Shown here piece after piece: positions 41,172 to 55,190 of a stretch of DNA of 64,000 bases (positions are counted from its first letter, which is position 1; every line of letters begins with the position of its first letter). The stretch is from Octopus sinensis (taxonomy: Eukaryota). The translations under genes and the position numbers were made by a program. Under the pieces are notes generated by a model, which saw only the letters and a program-made list of their open reading frames with translations, was not told the DNA's origin and searched no databases. Location: contig NC_043000.1 in assembly GCF_006345805.1 (NCBI RefSeq), positions 161,076,001-161,140,000 on the forward strand, read 5' to 3'.

Positions 41172-44100
41172 GGTAACCTAAGGGCAGCAGCTACAAACTC
41201 TCTCTTAGATCAGTGGCCAGCCACGGCAAACTGGACTTAGAGAGGGTAGAAACAAGGGCGGTGCCCCAGCATGGCCTCAGCCGGATGGCTGAAACAAGTA
41301 AAAGAGTAAAAGAGTATATATAGCGTGAAGGAATATGAATTTAAAATCCAGGCATGTACCTTATTAGCACTCTTATAATCCTGATCTGACTAACTATATC
41401 GAATTATAGGGAATGTGCAAAATTGTTTAAAATGAATATTTACACGGCAGTTCACTCGATAGGTAAACGCTGAGTTCGCTTCATTAGAATTCGTATGGCA
41501 TACTGAATACATAATGAAGGCATCATAAAAAGGAATGGAGAATTATAAATCTTCAAAGTTCGCTTATTAGAATATTATTCTAATTAAATTCACATTAAAT
41601 TCCCGTCCGACACATGTTTCTGTTGGGATAAGTGTCCTAATGTCCTTTGATGAAGCATTTATGTGCATTTAGTTGCTTCAGTTTCTGTACATATTCATCC
41701 AAGATGGATTTCCATGCAATCTAATTCAAGGTTTTACCCATTCCGGTGGGCTGAAACAAACTGAGGATTAAAGTGTCAGATATTCCTTCTTAAAGTATAT
41801 TCTAGGTGATCATGATATTTCTGAGTACCTGGCAGTGGAAATTGATTTGAAATACGATTTGGCCAATCTTAGAATTTAAGAGAATAGAATATTTTAAATA
41901 CTTAGTTCTAAAAAGAAATAAACATAATTAGGTCAGGATACGTACACGTCACTGGGCACTCACAAGGAGGATAAAATAATTCTATAGAAGATAAATAGAT
42001 AGAGCTAAATAGAATCGAAAGAAAGAGCAGCTTTCTAATAGTACCCAAGTATGTTATATCTTGAACGCTTAAGCGATTGATAAGGTCCAGTAGAGAACCC
42101 TTTTCGCTAGGTGAAAACTCATGTTCCATTGGAGATTCGGAAATGATACACTTGTTCGGACTTCTGTCAGAAACAGTGAAATGCAGCATGCTCTAGCTCA
42201 CTGCATCTTTCTTTACAGAATTTTTAAAAGCTGTCGGCAAAATATCTTACATGTGCAGAGAAACGTGTGTCAGATCTCTGAAGTGGAAGTTACAGAATAT
42301 TCGAAATATTTTTACGCCACATCAAGCAGCGCATTAGTCTAACATTGAATAAAATTTAGTAACAATAAAAGTACATATGGTGTCACAAACAGTATAAACA
42401 TCGGGATCACAAAGATCACAAAGAGCACCATAAACAAAAAGAAAACCCCAAATATTAGTTCATTCTCTTTCATAGGGACGAGATAGACACAGAAAATTTA
42501 TATCTGTGAATACTGAAAGTATTTCATCTTAAGATTTTCGAAGTTATCGATGAAAAGGTAAACAACACAGCTGATGATGAGTTATAAACACTTAAAGGTT
42601 AATGATGGAAATGCACATTTAATACCTGCATCTGTGTGTAAGAGAAAGAACGAAATAGGAAGGAAAGAGAGAGACAATATGTTGCTATTATATTGTTATC
42701 TTATTTAGAATACTGCAACTCATCAAGAGGATGACGCAGCTGTGTGATAGACTGAACATCACTAAAGCACACAATCATTTAAAATTTGCCAATTTAAAAC
42801 TACCACCACCTATACGATAGAACTACTTCTACAACAACGTTAGCAGCAAATACACCAGAAATACAAAGAGCAACGGCAACAATAATAAGAAAAACAGCAA
42901 TGCTGGTATCTTGTATGGTCTTGATGAATTAACTGAAGAAAGGTAAAGAAAGTAAACAGAGAGCAGCATTCATGATTGGAGTGGATAGAATTAAGAATGA
43001 GCGCAACAGTGCTGGAGATTCTGAAAATAATGAGGTAAAATACAACAACAAATGCACAGCAGCAGAATTGTACAATAGGGGCGACAGCAGAAGCCACAGC
43101 AATAACAACAAGAATAGAGCTAGTGAACTGCAAGAATATTATACAGCAACTACCACCACCCAATCATTAATATTAATAACATCAGCAACTCACAGCACGT
43201 CACACACATATGATATCTAAAATTTGATTTGCTATTTCCCTCAAGCGTTCGAACACTTTCATACACCCTGCACTGCTCTTGAGAAGAGCAAAATTATATC
43301 AGAACTAATATAAATAATAATGATCATTATTGTTTTAGTTTTGTTTTCTCAAAATAGTGGTGAATTGACAGAAACAGTAGGAATGTTTCTAGTTGCGTTC
43401 TTGTACATTTTATGTTCAATTTCTTCTATAGATAATTTTTACAATCCTGTTAACAGGGATCGATAAAAGTAAAATATCATTTATGTAGAAGAAATGATTT
43501 AATCGAATATTGCCTCACTTAAATGTATTACCATGTTGCAAATATTCACTTCTAATATTTGCAGAAAGTCACATCCTTCAACATAGGGTACAATCATTTA
43601 ATTCAGCTTCAATATTTCGGTGCTATTTTAAGTTACCGATATCAGGACTTTCAAAAGAAGCGTTTACCTCTCTGAAGTTGGACACTACACATAGAATTGT
43701 ACGCAAGTATTGCAAGGCGTTTTGTCTGCGGTTCTAATAATTTTGTCAACCCATACTTTTGCATATGTACTATTATTGCGTCTTTTGACGCGGATTTCAT
43801 TTAAGTGGCAAAATATTGGAATATAACCGATGCAGAATCATAACCACGTTGCAGAATTGTATCGATTATGTTGAAATACTCCGCCCAAAGCGAAAATACA
43901 ACTCATGAATCTACTGAACCTAGAATATGTTAGTATCACAACAAACTGTCCCAAAATGTCTTTTACTTAATATTCGACAATGTTTTGGTAAAATACACAA
44001 AATGTTTGAAACAGATTTTAGCATATAACATAATAATGCATAGTCCAAATGAGAATTTTCTATTTAGCTGTCTCAAATTCTACATAAATGAGTAGATTAA

Positions 44101-45365
44101 TACTGTAATCAAGTGGTTATTTGGCTTTCAATATACAATGAAGTCATAAATTACACCTGCCCGAAGGGTTGCTGACATGTTTGTTCTTAATAATACAGAC
44201 AACAGCGTAAGACAGTTGTAAAAAATAAATAAACAAAATATACTTCGGACAAGTGTATTTCCTTATAATTTGAGAGTAGTAAAATGTGCTGGCTACTATT
44301 ATAACCAGCTCAGAACCTTACACAATTGAGAGATCGTTGCGTGGATGTTTAGTTTGAACATCTGGAAGTTGACACGTCTACGTTTGGAAATGGTTGCTTT
44401 AAATGTATACCTTATCACAGGTGTTGCGAGTGGAACAAGGAATTAGTTAGCAGCATAAAGAAGTGACCCAGTGAAGCATGTTTCCAAATTGTGCTTGAAA
44501 GTTATCTGAACTCAAACCATGAAAGAGCTAACTTAGTAACAAATACACCAGAAGAAGCATACATCGACTGTAAATTGTCAAATTGTTAGTGAACAATTAG
44601 TCAATTCACCGAAAGTGTATTGTTGCGTGTGTGTAGCAGCAGGTTATACTATAGCTATTTTCCATCTATGTCATTCATAGAAACGTATTTAATTTTCACT
44701 CCTCGTTCAGGCCTAAGCATGAACTTCAAACACAACTAGAATAGATAGTATCGTCAATTAAATCTACTGATAACCAATAACGTTAAAAATTGAAAAAGAT
44801 ATAGATTCGTCAAGTATAATACTAAATGCTTTCTACAGTAGGCACAGGGCCTAAATTTTGGGAAAGTTGGTTTGTCGATTACATCGACTCTAGTACTCGA
44901 CTAGTATTTATTGTGTTGACCACGAAATAGGATAGGCAAAGTTGACATCAGCAGAGTTAGGATTTAGAATTTAAAATTGGAATAAATTCTGGTAAGCGTT
45001 TTGTCCGGTATAATAACGATTCTGCTATCTTAAAAGTATTACTACAAGCGTGATTATTTCTATTTACTTCTGTATTTTGAAAACAATTTTTCACCTTGAA
45101 TTCTTTAAAATTTTATATTGTCTCTTTCTACTTTTTTCTCGTAATATCCTAGCACAATGAAATTTACTTCGGATAGACAATTTTATCACAACCGTTTTAG
45201 CAGAGAACTTTGGTAATATAAAAATCATGAAAATATACAGTAGTATATCAGATAAAGAAATATGTACACAGGTGAATATTGCACATGGACACACCTAAAC
45301 TTATATTATATATTATTATTATTTCGAAACATGCATGCATACATACATATTTACCTACACATGTA

Positions 45366-45600
45366 CCTTTTATCCTTTACATGTTTTGATCATTAGACTG
45401 CAGCCATGCTGGAGCACTCATGAGTTTTTAATCGAATGAATCGAAATCAGTACGTACACTTTGTTCAGCCTGGTACTTATTCTATCGGCACTTTTTGCCG
45501 AAACGCTAAGCTATGGGGACTTAAGCACACTAACACAGGTTGTCAAGCAGTAGTGGGGGCAAATACAGACACAATGACACACACACGTTTATACATACAT
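45366..45600 (-). mobile_element. SINE-A 3' half
   Basis: Reverse complement of body and tail (AGACTGCAGCCATGCTGGAGCAC). Confidence 0.8.
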
Positions 45601-45684
45601 ATATATACATACATACATACATACATACATACATACATACATACATACATACATACATACATACGTACGTACGTACATGAGAGA

Positions 45685-45930
45685 TTCCTGAAAAAGATTA
45701 TTATGGAAGGGCTCAAATTAATATTGGAGAACAAATTTCTTTTTGATAACGAACTGTATTTACAAATAAATGGAACGGTCATTGTCACAAAAGTAGCCCC
45801 AACATATGCAACATTCATTGAAGCAAAACTATATTCCCAGCTGCAGGAATCGTTTAGTCACGACTTCGCCACCTACGTTAATAACAACTGGAAACGTTAC
45901 CTAGACAATTGATTCATTTTCTGGGATACA
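45685..45930 (+). mobile_element. Penelope RT fragment related to 18250-18500
   Basis: IMEGLKLILENKFLFDNELYLQINGT..TKVAPTYATF....WKRYLDN*FIFW. Confidence 0.8.
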
Positions 45931-46199
45931 TTTTTGAACACCGCCTCCTTCAACTGGGAAAATATATTCCTAAAACGTTTCACATATACTGCGTTTTTCT
46001 AATGGGAATTGCCTACTGAGTGTTTTTGTAGAGCCATATGCAAAAGACCAGGGAGTGGAACGACTTTTGAGTGCTTGGAGGAGGAGATGAAATGCATGAT
46101 AAGATAAGGCTACTGGTGGCTCTATAGGTTCAGGGAAAGAAGAGGAGGTGGTTGTTTTATTTTTCAGAAGAAGTTTCAATTAGTGTGGAAGCTGGTTCT

Positions 46200-46615
46200 C
46201 ACCTCTATTTAGAATCGTAATGCTTAAATGTTGAGTAAAACCTATGATTGCAAGAGTAGGCAGCGTCGGAGAACCTATTTAATATCGAGAAGTTGTGTAG
46301 ACGGAGAATCTTTAACGATTCTTTTAAGCATAACCAGCATGCGCCTATCTTTGTATTATAAGAGGGAGCTTATTATGGACAAAGCCAGTGTATATTATAT
46401 ATTTTGTGATTTAAGATCATGTATATTTGTGGCTAATGATGTCGAGATTTTGTATTTTATCTTAGTGAAAGAGTTTAAGCGAGCTCGATATCGTCGTTTA
46501 AAACCTATGGTGCTACCTATGTAGGTCTTTGTTTGGTATTTACCTGGTGTTTCTACATGACATTTAAAACTACATTGTTACGCGAACAGAAACCCCTAAG
46601 CGGGCATGCATTAGG
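46200..46615 (-). mobile_element. Penelope GIY-YIG endonuclease fragment (different subfamily)
   Basis: Minus strand CPLRGFCSRNNVV / KTYIGSTIGFKRRYRARLNSFTKIKYKISTSLATNIHDLK. Confidence 0.75.
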
Positions 46616-46819
46616 TATACGACAATTACAGGTTTTCTTTTTTGTTCTACCATTTATATCAGTTGTATTATTGCCATATTGTGACTACAGTGGGGTGCTG
46701 CCCAAGGGTCTGGGTGCTTATTAGTCCGAAGCTGAATTTTACATTTATAAATAGAGGCTATACGTATGTATATGTATGTATGTATTTACGTGTATACGTT
46801 TGTATGCTTATATGCAGGG

Positions 46820-47148
46820 GTGAGGGCGCGTGGCTTAGTGGTTAGGGCATTCGGCTCATGATCGTAAGGTTGTGAGTTCGATTCCCGGCGACGCGTTGTG
46901 TCCTTGAGCAAGACACTTTATTTCACGCTGCTCCAGTCCACTCAGCTGGCAAAAATGAGTTGTACTTGTATTTCAAAGGGTCAGCCTTGTCACTCTCTGT
47001 GTCACGCTGATTTTCCCCGAGAACTACGTTAAGGGTACACGTGTCTGTGGAATGCTCAGCCATTTGCACGTTAATTTCACGAGCAAGCTGTTCCGTTGAT
47101 CGTATCAGCTGGGACCCTCATCGTCGTAACCGGCGGAGTCTTTTTTTT
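46820..47148 (+). mobile_element. tRNA-derived SINE-B, full length, with 12-bp target-site duplication
   Basis: Head GGCGCGTGGCTTAGTGGTTAGGGC...GAGTTCGATTCCC; central TGTGTCCTTGAGCAAGACACTTTA; poly-T end; TSD TTATATGCAGGG at 46808-46819 and 47149-47160. Confidence 0.9.
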
Positions 47149-47885
47149 TTATATGCAGGGAAGTAAATATGTGAGCTAGCATGATCTCCCCGCCCTTCCT
47201 AAACCAAACCAATATAAAAAATACATTTCAATAAAAAAACATTTCAAAACTAACCTTATATTTTTTCTCTGCTATCATCCCACTTTTGTGAAAAAAAATG
47301 TATATTACACCCCATTAACACCTCTCCCCAGACACACATAAACTCATCTTTAACATAGAAAATTACTGAAGTTTCTCTTTATGAATTTAAGGTAGTTGAT
47401 TCAGCCATAATGAAAGAATTTGAAAAACATCTGACCGTTATATTTTCACCAAAGGTCAACAATATAATCAGCAGGAGCACACTTTCACAAGCCCTTCATA
47501 AAACAGTCTTTAAACGCACCACCACCTTCGAACTCCACTCTCAAGCAATTATCTTGTTTTTACCATTCACTATTTTCTGTCAGCTCTTGTTCATCAGCAC
47601 CCCTTCACTCCCACACTTATTAACAAACCCCCACCTCCCTCTCAGATACACCCAAATCTTTTATATATAGAATCACACAGCACAACGCAACCTCAGATCA
47701 ATTTGATAATCACCACCGGCGAATGCGAGGAAGTTCTCCAAAAGAGGTAACAAGGAATATTTAAAAAATCCCCACCTCCGACGTTAACATAGAACTTACT
47801 AGATCTACAAGCTAAACTGTCAAATTATATTATTGAAAAATTAATGAAATTGGTTAGAACTACTAGTGAAGTCATTCTTTTCCTT

Positions 47886-47924
<39 letters not shown>

Positions 47925-47931
<7 letters not shown>

Positions 47932-48065
47932 GCGGTGGGTTTCTTTCGGTTTCTGTCAATCAGATCTACTCACAAGTCTTTGGTCAACCCCAAGCTATAA
48001 TCGAAGACACTTACCTACGGTGTCACGTAGCAGGACTAAGACCGGAACAACACGGCCACACCTGC
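47925..48065 (-). mobile_element. SINE-A 5' fragment, diverged
   Basis: Reverse complement similar to the SINE-A head and early body. Confidence 0.65.
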
Positions 48066-48175
48066 TGGTCTATGTATGCATATCCTGTATAGACACACAT
48101 ATATGTACATACATACACATATATATTGTATGTGTCTATGAATGTACGCATATGTTTGTGTGTATGCGTGCGTAT

Positions 48176-48400
48176 GAAGGCGTGTGGCTTATTGGTTAGA
48201 GTATTCGGTTCACTATCATAAAGTCGTGATATTTCAAAGGGCCAGCCTTGTCACATTCTGTATCGCGCTGAATCTCCCTGGGAACCACGTTAAGGGTACA
48301 TGTGTCTTGGAGTGCTCAACCTCTCGCACGTTAATTTCACGAGCAAGCTGTTCCGTTGATCGCATCAGCTAGGATCCTCGTCGTCGTAACCGACGGAGAG
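48176..48400 (+). mobile_element. SINE-B with internal deletion
   Basis: Head GGCGTGTGGCTTATTGGTTAG joined directly to ATATTTCAAAGGGCCAGCCTTGTC..GTCGTCGTAACCGACGGAG. Confidence 0.8.
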
Positions 48401-49794
48401 CTCCTTTACGCGCCTGTGTGTATGAGATAAACTCATGTTTTATTTAAATCATCTCCATTTCCAGAGCTGCTATGCCAATCCTTTGTTAGCAACTGTTACC
48501 AGTACTGAATGGAAATGGGAGATAAACTCAAGATCCAAGAATTTCGCACAATTAGCAAGGGGAGAAAAAAAAAGTCTTATTGTCTGAAGACCATAGTCCA
48601 GTTGTGTTTTATAGTTTGCTTTGTTTATTAATATTTACCTCACTCTATTATCACATGACCGTGATCGACCAGACTATCTGATGTTATACATCACAAATAA
48701 AAATGCATTTTGCACCGTTTTAGATTTCGAACGAAGTCAACCCGCTAGCTAAGTGAGTAGGCCAACATCACCCGTCATTGGAAGCTAGTTTGTCGTAGGA
48801 TTAAAGATCTAAAGCTGAGCGGACTGGAATAACGTGAAATGAAGAGTTCTGCTGAAGAATGCGCAGCTTGGTTTGGGTGTCGAATCCAGGATGTAGCGAT
48901 AGTGAGGGCAACCCCCTAACTTTCACAGTTTTCTATTATAATGTCTAAAATGATGTGGAACACGGAGTCATCTCAGTGAACTTAACGCTTTAATTTGGTC
49001 AAGATTTGGATTAACCAGAGTGCGTAGAATTAGTTGCGAGAAAGTAAATTCTGACTCCAAGTATATTATTGACTTACTGCCATGTGTGAATAGCACGCGC
49101 GCGGGCACACATACATTTATTTGTTTATTAACATACATTCACATTTTAAGCTCACAATGGAAGACAAAACATCCTTTGAATTCTGCCTTACCATCCTTTG
49201 CCAACGATGAAAAGGATCATCTGAATTACTGGCTTATTTTGGATAGACATGTTAAACTTAGCAACTATTTTATAAGGGTGTACTTTAATTCTTTTTCAGT
49301 TACTGGAGGTGTGATTTGAACTCAGAACACATACATCCAAAATAAACACCAGTCATTCTGGCAATTAGTCACCCTAACAAGTATTTCAGTTATCTATACT
49401 GAAAAGTTGAGAGACTACGGTGATCCAAGCGTTATTTCAGCTTGTGTTGAAACTAATCCAATAATACATTCTATCTCACTCTCTAAGGATATTTAGAATG
49501 GTTCTAAGTGTGAATGAGAGTGTTGGCATTTGTATCAGTGCTTATGGTAGGGAGGTTATATGTGAGTGTGTGCACCGTTGACTTATTATATTAAGTTTTA
49601 CATCTGGAGCAAGTGAAGCTCCTTCCCGAGAGATATAGACGCATAAGACTGGTATTCTGGTTTCTGTGGTGTATATATTCCCCAATGTGAAATGGAGCAG
49701 CATAACGTATTGCCCGGTGCAGGAATCGAAACCACTATCTTAGAAGAAAACTTCATTTCTTAACAAGAATTATAATTCCAAAAGGTATTAGAGA

Positions 49795-49960
49795 TTTTTA
49801 TTATATATTTCTTTATTGCCCACAACGGGGTAAACATAGAAAGGAAAGACAAAATTAAGTCAATTACATCGACCCCAGTGCATAACTGGTACCTATTTAA
49901 TCTACACCGAAAGGATGAAAGGCAAAGTTGACCTCGGCGGAATTTGAACTCAGAACGTGA
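49795..49960 (-). mobile_element. SINE-C fragment (third tRNA-related family)
   Basis: Minus strand TTCTGAGTTCAAATTCCGCCGAGGTCAACTTTGCCTTTCATCCTTTC..GGGGTCGATGTAAT..GTGGGCAATAAAGAAA; further fragments near 27450, 28700, 31340, 44900, 63860. Confidence 0.7.
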
Positions 49961-50894
49961 ATTTTATTATAACTGACTTGTAGTTCAAGCTGCTGACAAT
50001 AGCAAGTTAAGTCAAAATTTTCATTTTGATACAAAAGAGAAAAAAATCACTAGAAAATATAGTAGTCCAGAAATTACAAAAATGTTGGATGATCATGGCT
50101 GGAAGACGTTTGATCACAGTTTTGTTCAATTGTTTTCCACATGCACTTATACAACAAAAATATTAGCAACGAACAGTTGCCGCGAAAATATCCCGAACAT
50201 AATTCAACTTTACATTTACAATATAATATTTACAACACATAATTGTCAACATATCGTTTTTCAACTACATGCGGAAAACGCTACGAAATATTCTAAATTA
50301 CAAGTAACATTTTAAGCCACGCTTTTATTTCACTGCATTTCTTTGAATCTATTTCGAAATAATTTGTTTCCTATAAGTTCACAACTATGCTTCCAGTAAG
50401 TCATACTGCAAACGTTGCAAATAATATTGTAGCATGAGCATATAAAAATGCCGTTTTGTATATCACCCTCATTGCAAGAACTTCATGTGCTGTGAAACCT
50501 AATTTCCTGTAACAAAGAAAGCAGTATAAATTGATTGCTTGTATCCTGTGTAGCAATAACCATTCCCAGAAAATTTCTTCTGTAGAATTAGATGTTTGTG
50601 TGTTCGTGTGCACGCATACACAAACACACTCACAAACACACTAACATGCATAGGCATTCATTTGCGCGCACACACGAACACACGCACGCTCACACATACA
50701 CACACACATGTAAACTCGTACATGTCACTCTCTCAAAATACACTCGCATGCACGAATATATTCTCATATCAATTTTTGTATCTGTGTGCGTGTATATATA
50801 TATATATATTAGTGTACACATACATCAATTTAATGGATATAAACATATTTACAGAAATATGAGTGTGCATATATATAAGTGTGCATAACGTGCA

Positions 50895-50981
<87 letters not shown>

Positions 50982-51191
50982 AGTGAGAGAGAGAGAGAGA
51001 GAAAAAGACATCATTCTGATAGGAAACAAGATACATGCACATTGAGATACAACTAAAGACAAGTATGTATACAGGCGCACATGCATATTCATATATATAC
51101 ATGTATATAATTGTATATATAGTACATGCACATGCATATATATATATATATATAGATACATATACATATATACATATAGATACATACGTAT

Positions 51192-51272
<81 letters not shown>

Positions 51273-52214
51273 CATATATGTATGTATGTATATTCCTACT
51301 GTTATATGTAATATGTTTTAATCTACTCTTAGGATGTCAACTGTTTCCAATATCCCGAGACCATTCCCCTTCGATAATGCCCACCCACACTCTTTAGATT
51401 CGGGAACGAGCCGAAATGAATCCTAAATTTATTGGCAAACAGCTATTGCTACCATAGTAATTTATCTCTAAGCAGGCAAGCAAGCCAGCGCTTCGCTGAC
51501 AAAAGCAAGGAAATCCGCCATAATAACATAATACAGATGTATATATGACATAATCGCATTGAACGTAATACATTAAACATTATAAATTAATATTTGTTAA
51601 TTCAGATATTTCATTTTTGTTGTGCATGCATTTATTTATTCGTTCATTTATTTATGTGTTTATATTTTTCATTCATTTACTCATTCAGTCGTTCATTGAT
51701 TTATTTGACCTTTAACAAATATCAACTTTGATTAATATAGCATAAAGTAACCATTTCTTTATTTAAATAATGGTATTATGATTATTACATAATCAAATCA
51801 GTTATGAAATCCATGTAAATAAATGTTGCAATTGAAATATACGCTGTGTACGTGTAAAAGGCAATTCTGCAGATCCTAAGTTACTTTCTGTTGGTATGGT
51901 ATAGAACGAAATTTCAATTGTGTAAATACATGTTATAACACAAGCACAAACAATTAATGCGCTGTAAAATGTAATATGTGAATAGACGTCTCTCTCTCTC
52001 TCTCTCTCCTAGTATATATATATATAATATATATATATATATGTGCGTGTTATTGGTTTTATATGTAGACATGTGTATGTGTTTGTATGTATTTGTGTGT
52101 GAGAGAGAGAGAGAGAGAGACAGAGATAGATTAAGAGACAGAGATACATAGATGGGGAGAAAGAAATATAGAGAGAAATAGTGTGTGTGTGTGTGTGTGT
52201 GTGTGCGTATTTGT

Positions 52215-52622
52215 ATACTCTTTACTCTTTTACTTGTTTCAGTCATTTGACTGCAGCCATGCTGGAGCACCGCCTTTAGTCGAGCAAATCGACCGCGGGA
52301 CTTATTCTTTGTAAACCTAGTACTTATTCTATCGGCCTCTTTTGCCGAACCGCTAAGTGACGGGGACGTAAACACACCAGCATCGGTTGTCAAGCAAAGC
52401 TAGGGGGACAAGCACAGACACACAAACACACAGACATATATATATATGTATACATATATACGACAGGCTTCTTTCAGTTTCCATCTACCAAATCCACTTT
52501 CAAAGCATTGGTCGGCCCGGGGCTATAGCAGAATACACTTGCCCAAGATGCCACACAGTGGGCCTGAACCCGGAACCATGTGACTGGACAGCAAGCTACT
52601 TACCACACAGCCACTCCTGCGC
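52215..52622 (-). mobile_element. SINE-A, full length
   Basis: Complete reverse-complement copy ending GACTGAAACAAGTAAAAGAGTAAAGAGTA. Confidence 0.92.
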
Positions 52623-52845
52623 TTATGTGATACATGCTCTTTATTATTTTAAAGCAAATGCAGCGGGTTCAATATTGAGATAGACTTTCCGTTATTATAA
52701 AATTCCGCGCCGACTGGGACTTCATGTTTGCCTGAAAGCTTCAACCACCAGTTGTGTAGATACAAGGCAAATGCCAATGGCACAGTAAAAGCAATTCTCT
52801 CTCACTCTCCCTAACTCCCTACCTCTCTCTCTTTCTCTCTCTTTA

Positions 52846-53235
52846 CAGGCCTGGCTGTGTAGTAAGAGGCTTGCTTCCCAACTACATGGTTCCGGTTCAG
52901 TTCCAATGCGTGGAACCTTCGGCAAATGTCTTCTACTATAGCCTCACGCTGACCAAAACCTTGTGAGTGGATTTAGTAGAGGGAAACTAAAAGAAGCCTG
53001 TCGTATATATATATATGTATACATTTCTGTGTTTGTCTTTCCACCATCGCCTGACAATCGAGATTGGTATGTTTACGTCCTCGTAACTTAGCGGTTCAGC
53101 AAAAGATACCGATAGAAGAAGTACCAGACTTACAAATAATAGGTCTGGGGGTCGATTTGTTTGACTAAAGGCGGTGCTCCAGCATGGCCAGAGTCAAAAT
53201 AATGGAAACAAGTAAGAGAAAAAGAATAAAAGAAT
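52846..53235 (+). mobile_element. SINE-A, near full length
   Basis: Head, body and tail GGCGGTGCTCCAGCATGGCC..GAAACAAGTAA. Confidence 0.9.
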
Positions 53236-53346
53236 ATATATAGAGACAGAGTGTGCGTCTCTTTCACATTTATGAGTTACTGTCTATACATACACACACA
53301 CGCACACACACATATATATTCTGTAGATCGACAGATAGACAGACAA

Positions 53347-53448
<102 letters not shown>

Positions 53449-53519
53449 GCTTGTTTTCTGTTGAATTCTGATAAAAATAATTTCACGTGAAACTGAAACA
53501 CTATTCAATAACTATAGTA

Positions 53520-55190
53520 GAGAACATGGTGTTCTGGAACAAGAGTAGCGTTGACTGTGACTTCGAATTTTCAGTCATCTTAGCCTTCGTTGTACAGTCT
53601 GATGTGTGTAATTCAATTTCCATAATGGTTTTGAAAGGAGAGGTATAGCTAGTACGCAACCATAGCAAGTGTGTTTCACTGTTTCACAAGAAGAATGTCT
53701 GATTCCTGCATATCGGCATATGTGATGTTTTTTTACTTGTTTTATGAGAAAGACGTGTTCTGTTCACGAGATGCCTAACACCATCCTAAAACTCTTGATG
53801 TCAAGTACCCGAAGATTTTGTTCCATGCCAGTTGTTAATTTTCATCGTTGGAATTCATATCGATAGAATGCAATCAGCTAGGACATTGATTGAGTTTCAT
53901 GTTTAATGTGATACAACTAGATTTTCAAATGACATTCAGGTTCAGTATGGTAGATAAGTCCTTATCCAGAATCGATTCTGTATGTTACGTCTATCGACAA
54001 GTTAATATTTTTTATTGTAACCTCTCGGTGTCTGGCTTCGCTGTTTACTTCTTTGTCGATGTCGTCTGCAAAACGAAGGTTGCAAATAGACTATTCTACG
54101 AAATGGAGGTGCAGATAGCACACTGAATCACTTCTATGAAAATTCCCCGGAATACTTTCAGTAGGGAGAGTTGACAATCATGACGAACATGATATGTTTG
54201 CTATCGCTAATGTTCAGGATTTTAAATTTTCAGAGATTTGCTTGAATCACTTAGAATAGCTCATCGTAGGCAATAAAAGCTAGTTTTACATGCATTCAAA
54301 TACTTTTGCTTTTCTTACTGTCAATTATATTATGGTAGAATTACATTGGTGTTGGTGGTGTTTCTCGATCGGCTTTCTGATGCTTAACTTTTTAAATTAA
54401 CTCTTTCTGTTTTCTAGTAAAGATTTCTTCCTCTTCCCACTTAAGTCTGATTCAGAAAACTCTCAATAGATTTTACTGCGCTAACTAATGAATCAGATGG
54501 TTCCATCAAGAATGGTGTCATTCTTTTGGTTATACTTTATTTCCCAAATCCTTATTCTCTGAGAAGTGGTAGCTAGTGATTTCATTAGTCCTAGTTCCTC
54601 ACGTTACCGAGTGTCCAAGTGTCTGACTGAAGTGGTGCAAAAGAAAGTCCAGCGTAATTAACAACACAAGAAAACCATATAGGACACTCTAACTACATCC
54701 ACTTTAAATATAACTTTTCCCACTCCACCAGGGTCAACAGAATACACGCATACGTGTGTGAAAATACCTCCAAACACTTTAAACCAACAAATCTACTAGC
54801 TCTCACAATGTCTCTTTCTTTGTCCGGAAGCAATGTGCTCGAGATAAACTTTATACACACCAGCTTTTCAATCTATTTCTGTTTTCTCCCTTGTTTACGA
54901 TGTTGTCTATTGCTAGTGATTTCCTTTTGAGTGCACTTATTACTTCAGCGCTAACCTCCTGGAGAATTGGAACAACATTAAACTCTCTGGTTTTATTTTT
55001 GTTATCAGTGATATCACCAAATATGCTGATATCATGTCTAAGTTTTCCATGATAATGTTCTCTCCCATGCTCAAATAACAGCTCTTTCTGAACATCTGTG
55101 ATATAGTGTTCCTAATTCAGGGTACATCTGTTGAACATTTTACTTGAGAGCACGAAAGCTGAAGCGGAGTGGATCATGACTTGTTTACGT
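53520..55190 (-). mobile_element. Degenerate RTE-clade LINE
   Basis: Minus-strand remnants VPILQEVSAEVISALKRKSLAIDNI (about 54900-54975), SICNLRFADDID (54054-54090), SFRMVLGIS; many stops and indels; interrupted by an unclassified repeat. Confidence 0.65.
54605..54900 (+). repeat. Unclassified dispersed repeat, copy 1 (copy 2 at about 56385-56635)
   Basis: CCAGCG.AATTAACAACACAAGAAA..TTTCAATCTATTTCTGTTTTCTCCCTTGT alignable between the two loci. Confidence 0.75.

Larger units (their letters stand above)
38481..41316 (+). mobile_element. 5'-truncated CR1/L2-group LINE (partial APE, RT, C-terminus, 3' UTR), relatively young
   Basis: Continuous APE-RT homology with frameshifts near 39137 and about 40500 and a TGG>TAG stop near 40736; ORF ends at 41171; 3' end (AAGTAAAAG)-type repeats. 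Confidence 0.93.

Noticed and set aside
42840-43220. Overlapping 60-107 aa ORFs in a CAA/CAG/AAT-rich stretch
   Set aside because: Decayed trinucleotide-repeat composition, no recognisable domain or splice structure
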